In this document: positions 16,595-22,794 of the stretch, piece by piece
How the letters are laid out: the number at the start of each line of letters is the position of its first letter
Position numbering within the stretch: the first letter of the stretch is position 1
DNA from: Pseudobdellovibrionaceae bacterium
Lineage (GTDB): Bacteria; Bdellovibrionota; Bdellovibrionia; Bdellovibrionales; Bdellovibrionaceae
Length of the DNA stretch: 22,794 bases
Direction of reading: 5' to 3'
NCBI GenBank assembly: GCA_041288045.1
Contig: JBGGMM010000024.1
Location: 1-22,794, forward strand
Program-made: the position numbers and the translations under genes
The notes under the pieces: model-generated
Databases searched by the model: none
The model's input: the letters and a program-made list of their open reading frames with translations, nothing else
What the model was told of the DNA's origin: nothing

Positions 16595-18475
16595 ATGAAT
16601 CAGGGGAAAAAATTCAATTGCAAAAAATGGATTGCTCTCACCGGAGTGACCGGGCTGCTTTTCTTTTTCAATAACTGTTCCCAAAATTCAGGTTTTGAAG
16701 TTACCCTTGTCGAAAGCAGCGATTTTGCTTCTTTGGGAAGCGCTTCCAAGTTCACTTGTGCGCCGGATGCGATTCCCGTCACAAGTCCTCTGCTTCGCCT
16801 CACCAAAAAACAATACGTCAACACACTTCGCTCGCTGGTGGATCGCGCCGTTACCACTGCAGATCGCACCAACGTGACGACCTTCTTTGCCAGTGCTGCT
16901 GTTCAAACGACTTTGAATTCATTCCCGACAGAAGGCCTTGGCAACAAAGGGAACGAGCTCGTGTATGACACCTCTGATCAAAGGCTGTCGGGAGCTTTGG
17001 TCAGAAATCAATTTGAACTTGCCTATCAAGTGGCGCAGTTCATCGTCAGTGATCCCGCTCGTTTGAATCAATTCGTTCGCTTTTATTCTGGCAACTCGAT
17101 CTGCGCCACTGAGACAGTCACGAATACAACTGCCACCCCAGCTTGCTACCAAGCTTTTATCCAGGGATTCGGGCTTCGTGCTCTTCGTCGTCCGATCGAA
17201 AATAAAAACAACTCGATCGATGCAGGCTCAACCGATCCGGAAGCTCAAAATGATTTGGCTTATTATTCAAAAGTCTTCACCACTCCGACCAATGGTGGAT
17301 TTGATTCTTTGATTGCTTCCATGCTGGTCTCACCGGACTCACTTTTTCTCACTGGCTTTAAAGGAAGCGCCAACAGTCAGAATCAAATTGCTCTGAGCAG
17401 TTACGAAGTTGCTGCCAAGCTGGCCTATTCTCTGACGGATTATCCGCCGGATGAGACTTTGCTCACAGCTGCGATCAACCAGTTTCAGGGAAGTGGTCAA
17501 ACTCTGAACGATCAAACCAATCGCCTTTTAAATTCAACTTTGGCTCGAGGCCGTTTTAACAATTTCTACTCGCAATGGTTGCGCCCAGATTCGGTTCCCA
17601 CTCTTGTGGCAACGACAGGCGCTCCTGCAACCAATTTGACGACTTTGAAAAACAATGCGATCCAAGAACTTGTGGATATGGCCGAATTTTACACATTCGG
17701 AAAGCCCAACGGAAAAGCCTCCGATTTGGTTTCAAGCAATCTCTCTTTTGCAAAGACTGCCGATGTCGCCAGTCTTTACGGTGTGCCAACTTGGGCTGGA
17801 AAAAAATCCGATGGAACTTACGATTTGAATGCCGTTGTCCCATTTCCAGCTTCCAGTCCGCGAGCTGGACTTTTCACCCGTGCCGCCTTTGCCTTTTCCG
17901 GAAGCCGTGAATCCAATTTGATTCTGCGAGGAGCAAAGTTGCGCCGGGATTATTTGTGCAATGATTTTGCTCCGCCCAACAACACGGTCTTGGACACTTC
18001 CATTCCGGTCAGTGGCCCACCGACTCAAAGAAACATCGTCATTGCTGGCACTCAAACAGGAAGCTGCAAGGGCTGTCACGAGTACTATATCAATCCATTG
18101 GGATTTGCCTTGGAAAATTACGATGCTTTCGGTCGCTATCGGGCACTTGAAGACATTTACAGCTCGAGCAACCAACTTGTTCAGAGTGTTCCAGTGAATG
18201 CTGTTGTGGCACCACGCTTGAGCCAAGGTAATCCGACAGTCGTTGATGGCGGAGTGGCTTTCAGTCAGCACCTTGGAACCAGCGAAGAGTTCAACACTTG
18301 TTTTGTTCGCCACTTCTTCCGCTACACGGAAGCTCGAAATGAAAATAACCGCGCAGATGGTTGCGATCTTCTGAGCATGAAAGAAACTTTAATGAGTGAT
18401 TCGGGGGGACTGAAGGAGATGATTCGCTCATCCGTGCAAAGACCTTCCTTTTTCCGAAGGCAGATCAATCCCTAA
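16595..18475 (+). CDS. DUF1592-type multidomain protein (DUF1587/1595/1592/1588/1585 architecture) with CxxCH, probable lipoprotein
   Basis: LRLTKKQYVNTLRSL, FGLRALRRP, LSSYEVAAKLAYSL..PPDETLL, RAGLFT..ILRG, CKGCH..INPLGFALENYDAFGRYR and CFVRHFFRY. N-terminal FFFNN-C. Confidence 0.85.
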   Translation: MNQGKKFNCKKWIALTGVTGLLFFFNNCSQNSGFEVTLVESSDFASLGSASKFTCAPDAIPVTSPLLRLTKKQYVNTLRSLVDRAVTTADRTNVTTFFASAAVQTTLNSFPTEGLGNKGNELVYDTSDQRLSGALVRNQFELAYQVAQFIVSDPARLNQFVRFYSGNSICATETVTNTTATPACYQAFIQGFGLRALRRPIENKNNSIDAGSTDPEAQNDLAYYSKVFTTPTNGGFDSLIASMLVSPDSLFLTGFKGSANSQNQIALSSYEVAAKLAYSLTDYPPDETLLTAAINQFQGSGQTLNDQTNRLLNSTLARGRFNNFYSQWLRPDSVPTLVATTGAPATNLTTLKNNAIQELVDMAEFYTFGKPNGKASDLVSSNLSFAKTADVASLYGVPTWAGKKSDGTYDLNAVVPFPASSPRAGLFTRAAFAFSGSRESNLILRGAKLRRDYLCNDFAPPNNTVLDTSIPVSGPPTQRNIVIAGTQTGSCKGCHEYYINPLGFALENYDAFGRYRALEDIYSSSNQLVQSVPVNAVVAPRLSQGNPTVVDGGVAFSQHLGTSEEFNTCFVRHFFRYTEARNENNRADGCDLLSMKETLMSDSGGLKEMIRSSVQRPSFFRRQINP

Positions 18476-18494
18476 GGTGATTTGAGGAGATCTT

Positions 18495-20336
18495 ATGAAG
18501 TACAACAAGCTCACACGACGGCATTTCCTGCAAGGGGTTGGGGGCAGCTTCTTATCTCTTCCCTTCTTACCTTCCCTCATGTCCTCGGCTGAGGCCGCAA
18601 CTTTGCCTGAAAGAAAATTTTTAGTGATTTTTTGGAGCGCTCACGGTGGGATGCAGATTCAGAATCTTTATCCCATCATCAGCAATCCGGCAGTCGCTAG
18701 CAAATTAACAACTCAAACACTCTACAGCTCTGTGAACCATACAGCGAAATATGGAAACCTCGTCAATTTAAAAACCACGATGGGCTCCAACACTCCCTAC
18801 CTCGCAACCATGCTTGGCAATGATTTGCCTGGAGATACGGGTATTCTGCCGTCCGCAAATGCCTATGGAGTCAATACATTAGGACAGGATTTCGATGCGG
18901 GTGCAGCCCGTGTTTCTCCAGTTCTGGGAAATTTCATTTCCGATGCGCACCTGGCAAAAATCAATCTGATTTCTGGATTGGATTTCATGCACGATTCAGG
19001 ACACGGCGGTCAGCAGACTGGAAATTTCTGCAACTATGCCGGAAACAGTGCCGGCAATCCCACTGGAAGCAAAGAGGGAATGCCGAATGTTTGGATTCCA
19101 ACAATTGACTCCGTCGCTGCCAAGTATCCGAATTTCTATGCCGGTGCCAATCCGGTCGTTAAATCAATGGCTCTCAATATTCACTGGCACGGTATCGATG
19201 CTGTTGATGGAAACCTCTCTGCTGATGTGATTGATGGAGTCTTTCGTGGCAATCCCAATCGACCTGACACTCTCGGAAAAGCATTTAACATTCTCTTTTC
19301 AAGTCTAAAAAGTGCCCAGGCCGACCCCGCAGGCTCAAGCAAAAAAAGTTTTCTTCTCAACAATGTTTATGAAGATTATGCGCGAGTGGCTCGCGGCGCT
19401 TATGGCCCTGGCCGTCGCATTGGCAAAGAGGATCGAAGCCGTCTTGAGCAGTTTATGGAAACTCTCAACAGCGTCATCCTCGGAATGACGACCAATGCCC
19501 CTGGCGCTTGCACCATTCCCGGCATTTCCGCGACTGACACAAGCATCGTCACCAGCGGCGGATGGGGCTTGCCAATTGATCTGACTGTCACTCGCAACAC
19601 TCTTCATCTTTACAACCAACTGATGACGGCTGCTTTCTCTTGCGGTCTGACCAACATTTTTGTCGTCGGCCTCCCTGCTTTACGTGATCAGTTTATTCCT
19701 TTTGAAACTTTTAAAGACCAGGGAGTTTTGGCAAATGGCTTTGCCATCGACAATCGAGACGCTCACCAGGGAATGTTCCACTGTCACAATCTCTACGATC
19801 GTGCCCGCTATCTGACTCAATCCATGCGTTGGTATTTTCAATATGGCTTCTACGATCTCATGCAAAAACTAGAGGCCGCGACTTTGACGAGCGGTGGATC
19901 GATTTTGGATCAGAGCTTGCTCTTCTGGACACAAGAATGTGGGCACAAAACCCACAGTGGAGCCAACATTCCGATCATCACAGCGGGCAGCGCTGGTGGC
20001 TTTTTTAAAACTGGGCAGTTTGTCGATTACAAAACCCCCAATCGCAAGCTTTTCACTAAATACGGCAACTTGAACACTTATCAGGGGCTTTCCTACAATC
20101 GATTCCTGGCAACCGTTCTGCAATCCATGGGTCTTCCGACTTCAGCTTATGAAGTGGATGCCGCGAAATACGCCGGAACTTTGGGACGAATGCCTGTCTC
20201 TAGCACCAATACAGTGAAAGGTTATGGGCATCCAGTTCAACACCCATTCAAATTGAATTCGGGTTGGGACCCTGTCACCTTTGTCTATGATTACCAATTG
20301 GATGATCTCAGTTTGCCGTTGCCAATCATCACCTGA
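18495..20336 (+). CDS. DUF1552 (HXXSHH-type) protein with twin-arginine signal
   Basis: LTRRHFLQGVG..LPFLPSL Tat signal; PTIDS, EDRSRLEQF, AFSCGLT, ILDQSL..QECG..H..NIPIITAG and YNRFLATVLQSMG. SD GAGGAG, 19 nt after the partner gene. This is the usual DUF1592-DUF1552 gene pair. Confidence 0.85.
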   Translation: MKYNKLTRRHFLQGVGGSFLSLPFLPSLMSSAEAATLPERKFLVIFWSAHGGMQIQNLYPIISNPAVASKLTTQTLYSSVNHTAKYGNLVNLKTTMGSNTPYLATMLGNDLPGDTGILPSANAYGVNTLGQDFDAGAARVSPVLGNFISDAHLAKINLISGLDFMHDSGHGGQQTGNFCNYAGNSAGNPTGSKEGMPNVWIPTIDSVAAKYPNFYAGANPVVKSMALNIHWHGIDAVDGNLSADVIDGVFRGNPNRPDTLGKAFNILFSSLKSAQADPAGSSKKSFLLNNVYEDYARVARGAYGPGRRIGKEDRSRLEQFMETLNSVILGMTTNAPGACTIPGISATDTSIVTSGGWGLPIDLTVTRNTLHLYNQLMTAAFSCGLTNIFVVGLPALRDQFIPFETFKDQGVLANGFAIDNRDAHQGMFHCHNLYDRARYLTQSMRWYFQYGFYDLMQKLEAATLTSGGSILDQSLLFWTQECGHKTHSGANIPIITAGSAGGFFKTGQFVDYKTPNRKLFTKYGNLNTYQGLSYNRFLATVLQSMGLPTSAYEVDAAKYAGTLGRMPVSSTNTVKGYGHPVQHPFKLNSGWDPVTFVYDYQLDDLSLPLPIIT

Positions 20337-20368
20337 GATTGAAATCCTGACGTTCGACACTCATGCGA

Positions 20369-20385
20369 CTGGCATGTCCTCTGCA
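20369..20385 (+). promoter_or_regulatory. Putative sigma-54 -24/-12 promoter of the SDR gene
   Basis: CTGGCATGTCCTCTGCA is close to consensus TGGCAC-N5-TTGC with exact GG-N10-GC spacing, 32 nt before the ATG. Confidence 0.6.
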
Positions 20386-20417
20386 GTTGAGCTTCACAAA
20401 TTCAACTTGGAGGATCT

Positions 20418-21227
20418 ATGGATATTTCACAAAACACTTCTCAAAAACCAAAAGCAGTTGTCACTGGCGCCTCCAGCGGCATCGGCTACGAACTCGCCAA
20501 ACAGTTTGCCAACAACGGGTTTGATCTTTTCATTTGCGCTGAAGACCCAGGAATTGTCGAAGCCGCTCAAGCACTCGAAGGCTTTGGTGCCCGTGTTGAA
20601 AAGCTGCAAGTCGATCTGAGAAATTTTGAAGATGTGGAAAAATTCTACGCACAAATCCAAAAATGGGGTCCCGTTGAAGCTCTCGCCTTGAATGCTGGAG
20701 TTGGAGTCTCAGGAGATTTCATTGGCGACACTGAGCTTCGAGAGGAGCTCAAGCTGATTGATCTGAACGTCAAATCAGTTGTCCATTTGGCAAAACGAGT
20801 GGCTGCCGACATGGTCAATCAAGGACATGGAAAAATTCTGATGACATCTTCGATCGCCTCCATTTTGCCAGGACCTTTTTTGGCAGTGTATGCAGCTTCA
20901 AAAGCCTTCGTTCAAAGCTTTGGAGAAGCCATTGCCAGTGAACTGAAAGACCGTGGCGTCACTGTCACCACTCTTCTGCCCGGCCCCACCGACACCGAAT
21001 TTTTTGAACGGGCGGATATGATGGACACCAAAGCTGGCACTGGAAAAAAAGATGATCCTGCTGTGGTCGCCAAACAAGGATTTGAAGCCATGATGGAGGG
21101 CAAAGACAAAATTGTGGCTGGATCTTTCATGAATAAAGTGCAAGGAGTCGTCGGAAAAATGATGCCAGATCAAATGGCTGCTTCTATGCACCGACGACAA
21201 ACCGAGCCGGGTTCTGCTAAAAAATAA
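20418..21227 (+). CDS. Short-chain dehydrogenase/reductase (SDR)
   Basis: TGASSGIG, NAG, catalytic S and YAASK, PGPTDT; SD GGAGG. Confidence 0.93.
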   Translation: MDISQNTSQKPKAVVTGASSGIGYELAKQFANNGFDLFICAEDPGIVEAAQALEGFGARVEKLQVDLRNFEDVEKFYAQIQKWGPVEALALNAGVGVSGDFIGDTELREELKLIDLNVKSVVHLAKRVAADMVNQGHGKILMTSSIASILPGPFLAVYAASKAFVQSFGEAIASELKDRGVTVTTLLPGPTDTEFFERADMMDTKAGTGKKDDPAVVAKQGFEAMMEGKDKIVAGSFMNKVQGVVGKMMPDQMAASMHRRQTEPGSAKK

Positions 21228-21344
21228 ATCCAACAGCGCCTTTTTTTGCTCTTTTTCTTTTCAATTGGGCAATTTTTTCTTGCACAATTTTTTGTCACCC
21301 CTTGGTTTCGGGACTTTTGAACTCAGGGGTGGTACATTTCCTCA

Positions 21345-22052
21345 ATGAAAGCCGCTTTGTTCGTCCTTTCATTTGTTGCTCTTGTCATCACAGCCTGTGG
21401 AAAAAAATCAGGCTTCCAGGCGAATTCTCTGCCCACAGAGAACGCTGCGCTCCAGGATATTCAACCGACTGAATCAGCCAAAGAACCTGACATCAAAGAA
21501 GAAGAGAATGAGGAAACTCTCAAATCCGAAAACGAAGATGCGGAAAAATCGCAAATCCCAGATTTTGAAATCCCCGAAATTCCTGAATACGAGGTTCAGG
21601 AAAAATCGCTGATCGAAATGGGCCTGTGGGTGATTGAAAAAGAAGCCCGAAAAGTCGGAGCTGCTTGCAACTTTTATGTGCAACGAGTTCTTCAGTTGAT
21701 GGGCTTTGGCCGATCCTCTTGGAAAGCCAATGATTTTGATCTTTACGTCAATCAGAATTTTTCGACCTACAAAGTGGAATCCTTTGTTCCCAGTTCGCAA
21801 GGAAGCGAGAAAAGCCGTCTGAAAAAATATCTTTGGTCATTCCCAGAAAAAACAGGGGTGATCCTGCAATGGAAACGTCGGGTGGGCCCGGGGCATGTGG
21901 CAATTCTTCACCGCCAAGGAAATCAGCTGGTGATCTTCCACGCCAGCTTGAATCGTTTCGTCGCAAAAGCGCAAAAAATCGATATGGATGTGCTCTTTTA
22001 CCAGGGTGGCAATGCCTATCGTTTGAATGTGTTTTCGGACCTGAAAAATTAA
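21345..22052 (+). CDS. Lipoprotein with acidic linker and NlpC/P60-CHAP-like cysteine peptidase domain
   Basis: Lipobox ITA-C; Glu-rich linker; GAACNFYVQRVL (Cys), GHVAI (His) and IFHAS (third triad residue), as in the NlpC/P60 pattern HVGIY..FIHAS. Confidence 0.7.
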   Translation: MKAALFVLSFVALVITACGKKSGFQANSLPTENAALQDIQPTESAKEPDIKEEENEETLKSENEDAEKSQIPDFEIPEIPEYEVQEKSLIEMGLWVIEKEARKVGAACNFYVQRVLQLMGFGRSSWKANDFDLYVNQNFSTYKVESFVPSSQGSEKSRLKKYLWSFPEKTGVILQWKRRVGPGHVAILHRQGNQLVIFHASLNRFVAKAQKIDMDVLFYQGGNAYRLNVFSDLKN

Positions 22053-22312
22053 GATTCCAAAAGCTCTGGCAATTTCTCAAGCAGAATTTGATCAGTCTCA
22101 GTTGAAAGATCCAGATCATTGAGGCGGAGATCTTCGGCGACTTTCCAAGCAGTTTGACGAATTTGCGTACCCGCTTCTAAAAACGACAATTGGCCCAATC
22201 GTTTTAAAGACAGAATTTCACGCAAACGATTGAGAATCTGCTCGCTTTCTCTTTCAGAAAGAAGGTCACCTTGGAGTTCCATCAGTTTCGAATTGAAATT
22301 CATTGCTTTCAT
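22049..22312 (-). CDS. Hypothetical small helical protein
   Basis: 87-aa Leu/Glu-rich ORF filling otherwise empty space and overlapping the convergent stop by 4 nt. No recognisable motif or SD. Confidence 0.5.
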   Translation of the reverse strand: MKAMNFNSKLMELQGDLLSERESEQILNRLREILSLKRLGQLSFLEAGTQIRQTAWKVAEDLRLNDLDLSTETDQILLEKLPELLES

Positions 22313-22681
22313 ATTTCAAACTTGAAGGAATCTGATGCAGCTCTCAACCCAAAATTCAGTTTATTGAAAAATTTTTCTCTGAGAAATTAGAGCAATGCGC
22401 TCGCAGGTTCCTCACTTTGAAATGAGCAATTGCTCCTCAATGAAGCGCCGAGCCTCAAAATTTTTTCCGATCACGAAAAAAAATAAACTGTTTCGGAAAA
22501 GCATCGCTTCCAGGGTTATGACATAAGTTATTGTTTTTACAGTGTTATTTTAGTTTCAAAAGAACTTTGTTGAGGATTGAGCTCATGACATTTCGTGCTG
22601 AAATGGGCGGCGCACAAATTGTCATTGATGTCGAGCTCGAAGCCTAGTATCAAATTCGTTCACATTTTGAAGGAGTACATG

Positions 22682-22794
22682 ATGACCTCTATGAAATTCA
22701 ATAAAGCTTTGGCATTGACTGCTTTGGTAGCTCTGACAGCTGTTTCTTGCACTAAAAAAGAAGAAGCTGCTCCTGAAGCTACTCCTGGAACTGA
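22682..22794 (+). CDS. Small Ala/Pro/Glu-rich lipoprotein, 3' end outside the window
   Basis: SD AAGGAG; MTSMKFNKALALTALVALTAVS-CTKKEEAAPEATPGT..., with lipobox AVS-C. Alternative ATGs at 22679 and 22691. Confidence 0.8.
   Translation, partial: MTSMKFNKALALTALVALTAVSCTKKEEAAPEATPGT

Noticed and set aside
21228..21300. Terminator after the SDR gene
   Set aside because: T-runs are present but there is no convincing GC stem.
22049..22312. 87-aa ORF as an immunity protein for the NlpC/P60-like enzyme
   Set aside because: Convergent rather than co-transcribed, and it has no export signal.

Overview
A gene-dense bacterial chromosomal window, most likely Bdellovibrionota. That assignment is an inference from the FNNC/TAC-type lipoproteins, a Bdellovibrio-style Y1 transposase remnant and the overall gene content. 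I found no rRNA, tRNA or CRISPR array. Housekeeping and metabolic genes: a partial ChaN-like heme-uptake protein and ribosomal protein L33 (both missed by the ORF track), dcd, a DUF1338/HglS-like dioxygenase, a class I glutamine amidotransferase and purT. Stress and signalling genes: HD-GYP, Fe-type SOD, half-size TauE, hemerythrin, OsmC, an SDR and a hybrid histidine kinase whose phospho-accepting His is replaced by Arg. Envelope or secreted proteins: a beta-barrel plus 1036-aa repeat/EF-hand lipoprotein pair, a matrixin lipoprotein, an NlpC/P60-like lipoprotein and two low-complexity lipoproteins. The most interesting block is 15.8-20.3 kb. It holds an internally deleted, frameshift-fused Y1/RAYT-like transposase, then a 14-bp perfect inverted repeat enclosing 89 bp (candidate invertible promoter, REPIN-like element or RNA stem). 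This sits directly in front of an uncharacterised DUF1592-type CxxCH lipoprotein and a Tat-exported DUF1552-type protein. All family calls come from recognising motifs by eye; no database searches were run.
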